64,000 bases of DNA from Dehalococcoidia bacterium. GTDB taxonomy: Bacteria > Chloroflexota > Dehalococcoidia > Lucifugimonadales > Lucifugimonadaceae. The DNA is taken from contig JANQQP010000004.1 of assembly GCA_028285005.1 (NCBI GenBank), positions 53,261-117,260 on the forward strand, given 5' to 3'. The position numbers and the translations under genes are program-made. Shown here piece after piece: positions 12,071 to 21,714 of this stretch (positions are counted from its first letter, which is position 1; each line of letters starts with the position of its first letter). The notes beneath the pieces are model-generated. The model was given only the letters and a program-made list of their open reading frames with translations, was not told the DNA's origin and made no database searches.

Positions 12071-12255
12071 CTGTTACTGGCGGCTACCTACCGTAAGGCG
12101 ACCACGAGCGTGGCCCGACAGGTGGTATCGTAGGCCGGCTGCTGCGCAATCGAGCGAGTGTTCGCATCGATAGCGAGTGCGTGACTACCGACGCTGGCTA
12201 TTCAGGTTGATTGCCAACGCGTGTCGTATCTGACGTCGAATTCCGAGGTGAACTG

Positions 12256-13170
12256 ATGAAGATTGCCGTAATGGGGGCTGGTGCGGTGGGAGGCTACTTT
12301 GGCGGCGTTCTGGCGAACGCGGGCGAGGATGTATCGCTGATCGCACGTGGCGCCCATCACGAAGAGATCAAGCGAAGCGGACTTAAGGTCGACAGCCACT
12401 GGGGCAGCTTCACGGTCGAGGTGCAATCTACGCCCGACCCTGCCGAGGTCGGCGAGGTTGATCTAGTGCTCCATTGCGTAAAGCTCTACTCGAATGTCGA
12501 GGCCTTGCCGCTCATTAAGCCTCTGGTTGGACCTGCAACGACGATTCTTACCGTGCAGAACGGCGTGACGAGCGGCGAGACGATTGCCGGTGTCTACGGC
12601 TGGGACCGCGTTCTTCAGGGAGCGACCTACATCGAGGCTGCGATCATGGGGCCGGGGCACATCGAACAATCCGGCTCCACGGCGCGAATCGAGTTTGGCG
12701 AGAACGACGGCTCTCCCTCCGAGCGCGTCGAGAAGATCCGGGCGACTCTCGACAAGCCAGGCATCCAGGTCGGGGTTAGCTCAGATATCGTCTCGACTCT
12801 CTGGACGAAGCTTGTCGCCGTGGGCGCATTTGGCACTGTCATGACCGCGGCACGTGCGAGCTTGCCGGAGGTTCTGGCAGGACCCGAGGGCGAAAACACG
12901 ATCCGTACGGTGATGGAGGAGATCGTGGCTGTCGGCAAGTCCGAGGGAGTCGATTTCGCTCCTGGAGTTGTCGATGAAAAGCTTCAAGACGGTATCGAGG
13001 AAGCTGAGGAGTTCAAGTCGTCGCTGCAGTACGACCTGACGAACGGGAAGCCGCTCGAGCTTGATGACATCCTGGGGGCTGTCGTTCAAAAAGGGCGAGC
13101 CGCTGGCATTCCGGTGCCGGCATCGGCGGCGCTGGTGATGACGCTAGAGAAGTTCAAGCACGGATCCTAA
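12256..13170 (+). CDS. panE: 2-dehydropantoate 2-reductase (ketopantoate reductase, PanE/ApbA family)
   Basis: The ATG at 12256 is preceded by GAGGTG. The N-terminus MKIAVMGAGAVGGYFGG is a Rossmann motif, and the ApbA-type C-terminal domain (SSLQYDLTNGKPLELD) is present. The ORF track start at 12211 is probably too early. Confidence 0.8.
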   Translation: MKIAVMGAGAVGGYFGGVLANAGEDVSLIARGAHHEEIKRSGLKVDSHWGSFTVEVQSTPDPAEVGEVDLVLHCVKLYSNVEALPLIKPLVGPATTILTVQNGVTSGETIAGVYGWDRVLQGATYIEAAIMGPGHIEQSGSTARIEFGENDGSPSERVEKIRATLDKPGIQVGVSSDIVSTLWTKLVAVGAFGTVMTAARASLPEVLAGPEGENTIRTVMEEIVAVGKSEGVDFAPGVVDEKLQDGIEEAEEFKSSLQYDLTNGKPLELDDILGAVVQKGRAAGIPVPASAALVMTLEKFKHGS

Positions 13171-13194
13171 ATCTAGCCGTGCTGGACAAGAGTT

Positions 13195-13932
13195 TTGGAG
13201 AGTACGTTGCCGAACGCATCTGAAACGGTGATATCCGACGAGACGTTGGCGAAGCTGGGTGAGCTTCCGACCCAGACGCTAATCGACGGTCTGTGGGTCC
13301 ACAACTGGCCGCAAACGATGATCGAGGGCGCAAGACCGCTGTTCCCAGGGCAGAAGATGGTCGGTCGGGCAGTCACCCTGCGGTTCGTCTATCACAGGCA
13401 GGACATCCTGGCCGACAAGCCCAAGGGCGAAGACTCTCCAGAGTATGTCGCGTTCGAACTCTGCGGACCAAATGAGGTGCTAGTCGCCTCGTCAGTGGGC
13501 CCGTGGGAGTCGATCGGCGGCGACATCAAGTTCCTGCGGCTTGCCCAACGCAAAGTGGGTGGACTTGTGACTGACGGCTCGGTGCGTGACACAGGCGTCT
13601 TGAAGGAGTATAGCTTCCCGGTGTTCTCGCACTCGAGCACTGCGAAGCAGGGACCAGGCGTGATGCAGCCGTGGGGTGTCAACGATGTCATCTCCTGCGG
13701 TGGTGTTGTAGTGCGCCCCGGAGATGCGGTAGTTGGCGATGACGATGGTGTTGTCGTCGTACCAGCGGCGATGGCCGAAACGGTGCTGGAAGTTGCCGCT
13801 GAGCGCGAGGCTGTTGAGCAGGTAGTGAAGACTGAGCTGGAGCGCAATCCTGGCTCGCCGGGCAAGTACTATCCGTTCAATGACGCCACGTGGAAACTGT
13901 ACGAAGAGTACAAGTCGCGCGGCGAGGCCTAG
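13195..13932 (+). CDS. RraA-family protein (RraA-like / 4-hydroxy-4-methyl-2-oxoglutarate aldolase family)
   Basis: The RraA-type core is present (GGDIKFLRLAQRKVGGLVTDGSVRD ... VVVRPGDAVVGDDDGVVVVP). TTG start. Confidence 0.75.
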   Translation: MESTLPNASETVISDETLAKLGELPTQTLIDGLWVHNWPQTMIEGARPLFPGQKMVGRAVTLRFVYHRQDILADKPKGEDSPEYVAFELCGPNEVLVASSVGPWESIGGDIKFLRLAQRKVGGLVTDGSVRDTGVLKEYSFPVFSHSSTAKQGPGVMQPWGVNDVISCGGVVVRPGDAVVGDDDGVVVVPAAMAETVLEVAAEREAVEQVVKTELERNPGSPGKYYPFNDATWKLYEEYKSRGEA

Positions 13933-14672
13933 TCAGAGTCTGTGACGCGCCTGTGAAGCTCGGTCGGGTGCCAGGTGAGCAATGCGTCTGGAGCAACAGA
14001 CGCCGCCCGTTGAGCCTCATTGACGTCGCTTGAAACGGCGTCGCCAGAGGCCAGCATCTTCTTTCCCGCGGCGTGCGTAGCCTCAACATCTGATTCAGAC
14101 GGGACGAACCTGGCGTAAATCCAGTTGGAGTACGGGTCAGTAAGAGCCAGTGGCAGAGTTTCTGCGGACTCAGCAACGGCGGAGCGCTGGAATTCTGCGC
14201 TTCCCTCATAGAAACGCCGCCGAACGTCGACGGACCGTGCGATGACCCCGATGCCGACCGTTCTGGCCATCAGATTGTGCTGCGTCAGCGCATCACAGAT
14301 CTTGTTGATGATCCCCGGCTGAAGAACCTTCACGTCCAAAGCGATTGCTGTATCGACTTTCGAGGTACTGGAGACCAGCTCGAGCACCTCGTCGAACGAT
14401 GGCACCACGGCGCCAGCGAACTCTGAGCCCTTCCAGCTTCCGGCGTCCAGCTGTCGAATCTCTTCGAACGACATCTGGGCAACGCGACCGGTTCCGTCGG
14501 TCGTCCGGTCGACGGTGTCATCGTGAATCACGACCAGTTCACCGTCCGATGTCATGGCTATATCGAACTCGATGCCCATGCCGAGGTTGAACGCCGCCTC
14601 GAAGGCCGGAATGGTGTTCTCCGGATGAGTGTCATCCATGCCCCGGTGAGCAATCAGGACTGTCTCTGCCAT
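13929..14672 (-). CDS. glycerophosphodiester phosphodiesterase family protein
   Basis: GDPD N-terminal signature IAHRGMDDTHPENTIPAFEAA, followed by EFDIAMTSDGELVVIHDDTVDRTTDG. Confidence 0.85.
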   Translation of the reverse strand: MAETVLIAHRGMDDTHPENTIPAFEAAFNLGMGIEFDIAMTSDGELVVIHDDTVDRTTDGTGRVAQMSFEEIRQLDAGSWKGSEFAGAVVPSFDEVLELVSSTSKVDTAIALDVKVLQPGIINKICDALTQHNLMARTVGIGVIARSVDVRRRFYEGSAEFQRSAVAESAETLPLALTDPYSNWIYARFVPSESDVEATHAAGKKMLASGDAVSSDVNEAQRAASVAPDALLTWHPTELHRRVTDSD

Positions 14673-14679
14673 GTGATCT

Positions 14680-15093
14680 TCAGTTCTCCACTATCCGAAT
14701 CATCAACTCGTACTCGTCCTGGCCGATGCCAGTCGCTGTCGGCGGGTCCGGACGCAACTCAAGCAAAGTTACCGTGAAACGGTCGATGCTGAAGCTGGCA
14801 CTGCCACCGGGCGCGATTTCGTGTCGCGACTCTTCCGGTGTGCCAGCGTCGAGCGTTGTGCGGAGCGAGACGAACGCTTCACCGGCTCGGACGCATTGCA
14901 CGTCGGCGGGACAGCGAGAGTCGTCCTCAACTGCCAGGAACTGTACAAGCAGTCCGTTGTTTCCGCCTCCAAAACCGAAGGAGTTTGCAATTGTCACTGG
15001 ACCTTCGATTGAAGAGGTTGTGCGTTGCGTCTGACACGCCGTGAAGATGATCGCGAAGGCGAGTAGTGAGAAGAGTATTGAGCTCTTGCGCAC
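14680..15093 (-). CDS. small lipoprotein, unknown function
   Basis: Signal peptide plus lipobox (LLAFAIIFTACQT). The ORF lies 8 nt downstream of argH on the same strand. No family was recognised. Confidence 0.5.
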   Translation of the reverse strand: MRKSSILFSLLAFAIIFTACQTQRTTSSIEGPVTIANSFGFGGGNNGLLVQFLAVEDDSRCPADVQCVRAGEAFVSLRTTLDAGTPEESRHEIAPGGSASFSIDRFTVTLLELRPDPPTATGIGQDEYELMIRIVEN

Positions 15094-15095
15094 TT

Positions 15096-16487
15096 CTACT
15101 CTTCAGCTTTCGATCTCTCAAGTCTCTCGCGTGCGTTCCGTACAGCGTCCAGAACTCGATTTGGAGCCGTTCCACCGTGAACGTCGCGTGCAGCTACGGC
15201 CGATTCTAAAGTTACGGAGAGCACGTCGTCTTCGAATAACTCAGATGCTGACTTGAAGTCGTCGAGAGTCAACTCGCCGAATCCCTTGCCTGCCGCGATG
15301 CTCTGCTTCGCTAGCGCGGCGACTGCGATGTATGCCTGCCTGAACGGAACGCCTTTGCGGACCAGGTAGTCGGCGAGGTCTGTGGCGAGGATGTAGCTGC
15401 GGTCCGCCGCGCTGCGCATACGAGCGGCGTCGACGGTCATTCCTGAGACCATACCCTCGGCAGCGGCCAGCGCCGGCAGCAGCGTATCTGCTGCGTCAAA
15501 TAGACCTTCCTTGTCTTCCTGAAGGTCGCGGTTGTATGTCAGCGGCAGGCCCTTAACTGTTGTGAACAGAGCCATGAGGTGCCCGTATACACGCCCGGTT
15601 TTGCCACGGACCAGCTCTGCGAAGTCCGGGTTGCGCTTTTGCGGCATGATGCTGGAGCCGGAGGTGTATTCGTCTGGTAGCTGAATGAACCCGAACTCGT
15701 CTGACGACCAGATGATCATCTCTTCAGCCAGTCTCGACAGATGAGCCATCGTGACCGAGGCCGCAAAGAGGTAGTAGAGGATGAAGTCGCGGTCTGAGAC
15801 GGCATCCATGCTGTTGTCTGAGATCGCGGCGAATCCCAGTTCTTCAGCTACCGAGTCGCGGTCGAGTGGGTAAGGCGAGCCGGCCATCGCTCCGCTGCCC
15901 AGTGTCATTACGTCCGCCGCGCGTTTGGCCGCCAGGAAGCGCCCTGCGTCACGGTCCAGCATCTCGAAATAGGCCAGCAGGTGGTGGGCGAATACGACTG
16001 GCTGGCCGCGTTGCATGTGGGTGTAGCCGGGCAGCACAGTCTCGACGTGCCGTTCCGCCTGTTCAACGAGCGCGCTTTGTACGCCGCGAATCGCGGTTAT
16101 CGCTTCGTCTGCAGACGACTTCACCCACAGGCGGGTATCTGTCGCTACCTGGTCGTTGCGGGAACGGGCTGTGTGAAGGCGGCCGGCTGAATCACCGATC
16201 AATTCGTGCAGCCTGGACTCCACGTTCATGTGGATGTCTTCGAGCTCCGGTTTCCAGGCAAACGTCCCGTCCTCGATCTCTTCACGGACCTGTTTCAATC
16301 CATCGACGATCTTTTTAGCTTCGCCCTCGGAGATGATTCCCTGGCGGCCCAGCATCGAGGCGTGCGCTATTGAGCCGGCAATATCTTCCCGGTATAGACG
16401 CCGATCATAGTGCAGCGATTGCGTGAAGTTGCTGGCTAGTTCGGATCCGCGAGCAGCAGCTGCTGGATCTTTTTCGGTTCCGGTCAT
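15096..16487 (-). CDS. argH: argininosuccinate lyase
   Basis: 463 aa of the fumarate-lyase superfamily, with the signature GSSIMPQKRNPD and ArgH blocks (HTARSRNDQVATD, PGYTHMQRGQP). Confidence 0.95.
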   Translation of the reverse strand: MTGTEKDPAAAARGSELASNFTQSLHYDRRLYREDIAGSIAHASMLGRQGIISEGEAKKIVDGLKQVREEIEDGTFAWKPELEDIHMNVESRLHELIGDSAGRLHTARSRNDQVATDTRLWVKSSADEAITAIRGVQSALVEQAERHVETVLPGYTHMQRGQPVVFAHHLLAYFEMLDRDAGRFLAAKRAADVMTLGSGAMAGSPYPLDRDSVAEELGFAAISDNSMDAVSDRDFILYYLFAASVTMAHLSRLAEEMIIWSSDEFGFIQLPDEYTSGSSIMPQKRNPDFAELVRGKTGRVYGHLMALFTTVKGLPLTYNRDLQEDKEGLFDAADTLLPALAAAEGMVSGMTVDAARMRSAADRSYILATDLADYLVRKGVPFRQAYIAVAALAKQSIAAGKGFGELTLDDFKSASELFEDDVLSVTLESAVAARDVHGGTAPNRVLDAVRNARERLERSKAEE

Positions 16488-16650
16488 CGACTGCTCCGCG
16501 CTCAGTAATCGGGCTGTGGCAAATGGTTCGGACAGGTGAGGCGATTATCGTCGCACACGTTAGGCCGCCGCCACACAACTTCTGAGGGTAAACTCTCCAC
16601 CGTTCTGACCACCGGATGTTCGGCCCCACCCAGAGACTTCGAGACAAAGC

Positions 16651-18291
16651 ATGAATGGATTCGAGTACGTCGCCCGCATTCTGAAGCAAGAGGGCGTTGA
16701 GATGATGCCATGTTACCCATCGAACCCGCTCATCGAAGCGGTGGCAAAGGAAGGCATCCGGCCGATCGCATTCAGACACGAGCGCGGAGCAGTGATGGCC
16801 GCCGACGGATTCTCGCGTGTCAGTGACCGCAAGCGCTTCGGTGTTGTGGCCATGCAATCCCAGGCTGGCGCTGAGAACTCGATCGGAGGGCTCGCGCAGG
16901 CTAACGCAGACAATGTGCCGATGCTCGTGCTGCCGGGCGGCAATGCCCTCGACCGGATGAACATCAGGCCGAACTTCATGGCGTCGAGGACGTGGGATTC
17001 TGTGGTCAAGAGCGTTGAGGTGGTTGTACGGCCGAACCAGATCGGCAACAACATGCGCCGTGCGTTTAGCGGGCTGAGGACTGGGCGCGGTGCTCCTGTG
17101 GCGGTGGAACTGACCGGAGACGTGTGCATGGAAGAGGTGCCGGAGGAGTCGATGAACTACACCGCTCCAACTGCACCGAAGCATCAGCCATCCAGTTCTG
17201 ACCTGAAGGATGCGGTGAAGGCGCTGCTTGAGGCGAAGAACCCCTTGATTTGGGCCGGCGCGGGCGTGATGAGCGGTAGCGCGACAGAGCAGTTGAAGGA
17301 GTTTGCTGAGCTAATCGACGCTCCGGTCTTCACGACGATGCCAGGGAAGTCGGCGTTCGACGAGCGACACCCGTTGTCCGTCGGCTCAGGTGGCATGACA
17401 ACTACTAAGTCGGCGCGGCATTGGATCGATAACTGTGATGTGTTGTTTGCGATCGGCGCATCGCTTACGTCATCGCCTTACGCACAGGCGATTCCTGCCG
17501 GGAAGTTCGTGATACACGGCGTGCTCAACCCTGAGGAGTTGAACAAAGATGTGCCGACTTCGATCGGTCTGGTTGGAGACGCCGCTTTGACGCTCGAGGT
17601 GATGATCGACCTGGTGAAAGGCGAGATCGGAGAGGATGGCAGGACCACAGGTGTCAGTGAGCAGATCTACGCCATCGATCAGGAGTGGCAGGGCCGCTGG
17701 AAGAAGTATCTCGAGGACGACGGCGAGCCGATCAGCCCTTACCGTGTGATCCACGAGCTGAATGAGAACCTAGACCTGGAGAACAGCACCGTCACTCACG
17801 ATGCCGGAGCGCCTCGAGACCAGATAGTGCCGTTCTTCCGGGCCACAACCCCTCACAGCTACATTGGCTGGGGCAAGACGACACACCTGGGTTTCGGAAT
17901 TCCGTTGATCATCGGTGCCAAAATGGCTCAGCCTGAACGGTTCTGCCTGAACCTGATGGGAGACGGCGCGTTCGGCATGTCCGGCCTGGATATCGAGACT
18001 TCTGCGCGGGCCGGGATTCCGATAACAACGGTTGTGCTAAACAACGGCATCATGGCGACCTATCCGGGCGGTTTTCCGACGGCTCGCGAACAGTTCGGTG
18101 TCTCGCACATGCAGGGCGACTACGCCGCGTTAGCGAAGGCGATGGGCGCTGAAGGCATCAACGTTTCGAAGCCTTCTGAGGTAGGTCCAGCGTTGAAGAA
18201 GGCACAGCAACTCAACGCCGAAGGCAAGACTGTGCTGATAGATGTGATCACCCGGGCCGAAGACAGCCGCGCGCCGGAACGTTTCGTCTGA
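16651..18291 (+). CDS. thiamine-pyrophosphate-dependent enzyme (acetolactate-synthase-like family)
   Basis: 546 aa with N-terminal, central and C-terminal TPP-enzyme domains. The TPP-binding motif region is GDGAFGMSGLDIETSARAGIPITTVVLNNG. The substrate cannot be assigned from sequence alone. Confidence 0.85.
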   Translation: MNGFEYVARILKQEGVEMMPCYPSNPLIEAVAKEGIRPIAFRHERGAVMAADGFSRVSDRKRFGVVAMQSQAGAENSIGGLAQANADNVPMLVLPGGNALDRMNIRPNFMASRTWDSVVKSVEVVVRPNQIGNNMRRAFSGLRTGRGAPVAVELTGDVCMEEVPEESMNYTAPTAPKHQPSSSDLKDAVKALLEAKNPLIWAGAGVMSGSATEQLKEFAELIDAPVFTTMPGKSAFDERHPLSVGSGGMTTTKSARHWIDNCDVLFAIGASLTSSPYAQAIPAGKFVIHGVLNPEELNKDVPTSIGLVGDAALTLEVMIDLVKGEIGEDGRTTGVSEQIYAIDQEWQGRWKKYLEDDGEPISPYRVIHELNENLDLENSTVTHDAGAPRDQIVPFFRATTPHSYIGWGKTTHLGFGIPLIIGAKMAQPERFCLNLMGDGAFGMSGLDIETSARAGIPITTVVLNNGIMATYPGGFPTAREQFGVSHMQGDYAALAKAMGAEGINVSKPSEVGPALKKAQQLNAEGKTVLIDVITRAEDSRAPERFV

Positions 18292-18390
18292 AACTCGTCG
18301 AGATTGCCGGATGATACGGCGGCCGGGAACAGGTGAACTTGAACCCTGCGTTGCGTCACTTGTTCGATTCACTTTGGGAGAAAATCCGGA

Positions 18391-18750
18391 ATGGACCTTG
18401 GCAGCTTTTCTGTGAGTCTGGCGGTGAAGGATATCGAGGCTTCAACCAGGTTCTACGAGAACCTGGGCTTCGAGGTGATCGACGGGCAGTTCAACTACGA
18501 TGGCCAGATCGATCTGGAAGAGGGCCAGTACTGGGTGATGATGAAGAATGGTGAGGCGAAGGTTGGTCTCTTCCAGGGAATGTTCGAAGAGAACGTGTTG
18601 ACGTGGAACCCGCCGGACGCCCGGGCAATTCAGTCTCACCTGAAAGAGAACGGCGTGCCGATCGATTTCGAGGCAACAGGCTTCGAAGGTCCGGCGACCG
18701 TGATGCTGTCAGACCCGGACGGCAACCAGATAATGCTCGACCAGTTCTAG
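18391..18750 (+). CDS. glyoxalase/bleomycin-resistance (VOC) family protein
   Basis: 119 aa with VOC-type beginning and end (FSVSLAVKDIEASTRFYENLGFEV ... MLSDPDGNQIMLDQ). Confidence 0.75.
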   Translation: MDLGSFSVSLAVKDIEASTRFYENLGFEVIDGQFNYDGQIDLEEGQYWVMMKNGEAKVGLFQGMFEENVLTWNPPDARAIQSHLKENGVPIDFEATGFEGPATVMLSDPDGNQIMLDQF

Positions 18751-18824
18751 AAGCTAGCTTCGTTCTCCGTATGTTGCAGGTGACTGCGAGCAGGCTTTCT
18801 TGACGCCGTTGGTGAGTCTGGCTT

Positions 18825-20048
18825 CTACCGCGCGTCGTGGCGCGTCTGGCTCTTGTATTGTGTGCGGGCCGGCAGCGAGTAGATGTCTATGAAGCCTGTT
18901 GCCGCCAGGTGGTCGAACTCGTCATCTGTCGAGTAGGTTGCGAGCCCAAAGTCGTAGAGAGAGTACGGCGACCTGCGGCCGGTGACGACCGCGGTGCCTT
19001 TGAACAGCCTGACGCGCACATCGCCCGTCGTGTAGCGCATCGATGAGTCGACCAGCGCGTCCATGTCTTCCCGAACTCCGGTGAACCAGCGTCCGTCGTA
19101 GACAAGGTCGGCGTACTCGGTGGCGATGAAAGACTTGAGCCGCTGCTGCTCCCTCGAGAGAGTTGCTGTTTCAAGTGCGCGGAGAGCGGCGTGAAGCACC
19201 ACGGCTGCTGGCGTTTCGTAGACCTCGCGAGACTTGATTCCGACAAGCCGGTTTTCAAGGTGATCGATACGGCCAACTCCGTGTGAACCGGCGATGTCAT
19301 TGAGCGCATCGATTAGAGCCACACCAGACATCTTCTTGCCGTTGAGCGAAACCGGAACGCCCGCCTCAAAGCCGATCTCAACTTCCTCCGGCTCATCCGG
19401 AGTGTCAGCGACAGGGCGAGTCCAGGAGTATGCGTCCTCTGGTGGCGTGACCCACGTGTCCTCGAGGTCTTCGCCCTCGATTGCCTGGCCCCAGAGGTTG
19501 CGGTCGATCGAGTAGACGCGCTGGTCGTCACCGACCTCGCGGAGCTCTAGTCCAGCCTTGGCGGCGTACTGTTTCTCTTCGTCGCGGCTCATGCCCCACT
19601 CGCGGGCCGGTGCGACGATCCGTAGCGGATCACCATGGGCCGAGAGCGTCTTTACACCAGCGTCGAAGCGGACCTGGTCGTTGCCTTTACCCGTGCAGCC
19701 GTGAGCCACAGCTGTCGCGCCGGTCTGGCGAGCAGCTTCAACCAGCTTCTTGGCCATCAGCGGACGGCCAAGGGCTGTCGAGAGCGCGTATGTGCCTTCA
19801 TATAGCGCAGCGGCTTTCAGGCCGCGCCAGACATAGTCGTTGACGAACTCGTCGCGGACGTCCCAGATAAGCGATTCGACGGCTCCGGCCCTGGCGGCAC
19901 GCTCCTTGACGCCTTCGATCTCCGGACCGGCGCCGAGGTCCACGGTCAGCGTGACGACGTCCATGTCGTACTGCTCCTGGATCCATACGACGGAGATCGT
20001 CGAGTCCATGCCTCCGCTGTATGCGAGGACACACTTTTCTCTTGCCAT
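18825..20048 (-). CDS. argG: argininosuccinate synthase
   Basis: The N-terminus MAREKCVLAYSGGMDSTI is the PP-loop SGGxDS, and the AHGCTGKGNDQVRF block is present. The ORF track extends 19 codons further upstream (to 20105) with non-homologous sequence. Confidence 0.95.
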   Translation of the reverse strand: MAREKCVLAYSGGMDSTISVVWIQEQYDMDVVTLTVDLGAGPEIEGVKERAARAGAVESLIWDVRDEFVNDYVWRGLKAAALYEGTYALSTALGRPLMAKKLVEAARQTGATAVAHGCTGKGNDQVRFDAGVKTLSAHGDPLRIVAPAREWGMSRDEEKQYAAKAGLELREVGDDQRVYSIDRNLWGQAIEGEDLEDTWVTPPEDAYSWTRPVADTPDEPEEVEIGFEAGVPVSLNGKKMSGVALIDALNDIAGSHGVGRIDHLENRLVGIKSREVYETPAAVVLHAALRALETATLSREQQRLKSFIATEYADLVYDGRWFTGVREDMDALVDSSMRYTTGDVRVRLFKGTAVVTGRRSPYSLYDFGLATYSTDDEFDHLAATGFIDIYSLPARTQYKSQTRHDAR

Positions 20049-20215
20049 TGATTGCTTCGCCTTTTTGGCCGGTGTCGGATCTGGGTGTCGAACGGAGCAG
20101 ATCACTCGCGTGAGACCGTTCGAGACAGAATAATTGTGTAACAGTGGAGGCCGCGTGTCACTCCGCGCTGTGTGCGATCAAACACGCAGTGCCGGGAGCC
20201 TGAACCGTCTCGTGA

Positions 20216-21421
20216 CTAATCGGAGCTGGCTTTAGCAAGTGCCGCGTCGACAATGTCCACGGCCTCGTCGATCTCCTCGTTTGAGACCGTCAGCGGCGGC
20301 ATGAAACGCAGTGTGTTGGGTCGAACGGCGTTGAGGAGCAGACCGTTTTCCAGGCATTCGGCTACGGCTGGTCCGGCGATGTCCCTGGTCATCTCGAGGC
20401 CGATCAGCAGCCCCAGACCACGGACTTCCTTGATGAAGTCGTACTTCTCTTTGAGAGCCGTCAATCTGCCTACGAGGTGGGCGTTCGCAGCAAGTGATTT
20501 TTCAGGGATGTCTTCATCGACCATCACTTTGGCGGCCGCAGCGCCGGCGGCCGTGGTGAGTGCATTTCCTCCGAACGTGGAGCCGTGGTCTCCGGGTTCA
20601 AGCACGGAGCAGAACTCCTTGCAGGTGAACGCGCCTAGCGGGGCACCTGAGCCGAGGGCCTTGCCAAGCGTCATCACGTCCGGTTCGACGCCTTCGAACT
20701 GCTGGTAGCCGAATAGCGTGCCGAGCCTGCCCATTCCGGTCTGAACTTCATCGAGCATGAACAGGATGTTCTTCTCGTGGCAAAAGTCCATGACAGCCTT
20801 CAGGTAGCCGTCGTCCGGAACGTTTACGCCGCCTTCGCCTTGTACCGGCTCCAACAGCACCGCGCAGGTCGCATCCGGCTTGTAGGCGGCCTTGATCGCC
20901 TCGAGATCGTTGTACGGCACATTGACGAAGCCCGGCATCAGCGGCTTCCAGTTCTCCTGGTAGGCCGGCTGACCGGTGGCTGCCATCATGGCCTGGGTGC
21001 GGCCATGGAACGAGTTGAGCGTTGTAATGATCTCAACGGCGCCGTTGAGCTTGAGCTTGCCCCATTTGCGGGCCAGCTTCGCCGCACCTTCGTTTGCCTC
21101 CGCGCCTGAGTTGCAGAAGAAGACCCTGTCAACATCAGAGTTGTCAACGATGAGCTGTGCGAGCGGTAGCTGAGGCACCGTGTAGAACAGGTTCGACATC
21201 TGCAGGATCTTTCCGGCCTGATCCTGTATCGCCTTTGTCACATCAGGATGGCTGTGGCCGAGGTTGAGCACGGCCCAGCCTGCTGTGAAGTCGAGATACT
21301 CCTTGCCGTCGTTGTCGAAGACTTTTGTCCCTTCGCCTCGGACCAGCACCGGCGGCATGCGCTTTACAACCTGCATGTAGTACTTGGCTTCCAGGTCCTT
21401 GTATTCGGCAGTGCTAGTCAT
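20216..21421 (-). CDS. argD: acetylornithine aminotransferase (class III PLP aminotransferase)
   Basis: Class III aminotransferase blocks are present: FCNSGAEANEGAAKLAR, LDEVQTGMGRLG, and DVMTLGKALG with the PLP lysine. It lies in the arg gene neighbourhood. Confidence 0.9.
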   Translation of the reverse strand: MTSTAEYKDLEAKYYMQVVKRMPPVLVRGEGTKVFDNDGKEYLDFTAGWAVLNLGHSHPDVTKAIQDQAGKILQMSNLFYTVPQLPLAQLIVDNSDVDRVFFCNSGAEANEGAAKLARKWGKLKLNGAVEIITTLNSFHGRTQAMMAATGQPAYQENWKPLMPGFVNVPYNDLEAIKAAYKPDATCAVLLEPVQGEGGVNVPDDGYLKAVMDFCHEKNILFMLDEVQTGMGRLGTLFGYQQFEGVEPDVMTLGKALGSGAPLGAFTCKEFCSVLEPGDHGSTFGGNALTTAAGAAAAKVMVDEDIPEKSLAANAHLVGRLTALKEKYDFIKEVRGLGLLIGLEMTRDIAGPAVAECLENGLLLNAVRPNTLRFMPPLTVSNEEIDEAVDIVDAALAKASSD

Positions 21422-21714
21422 CTCTGGCCCGCTTTCCTTTGTTCGAACCGGGCGGTTCGTGGTTCACGTTGAACCTGCCGCATGTCGCCGCTGAGATCAG
21501 GTCGACCCTGGCAGAAGGGTCGAAATATAGCGCAATCTGCCGAGGCGAGCTAACCAAGTTCCTGTGATTGGGCTACCCAGTTTGCGTGAGCCACTCGTAG
21601 GGCTAAAGAACCATGTAGTGACTCTGAGTTCAATCCTAGTGTTGAGAACGGAGAAATAACATCCGTCGGTCCGTGTTTGACACCCGATGATCTTCTAAAT
21701 GCGGGGGGCAACTC

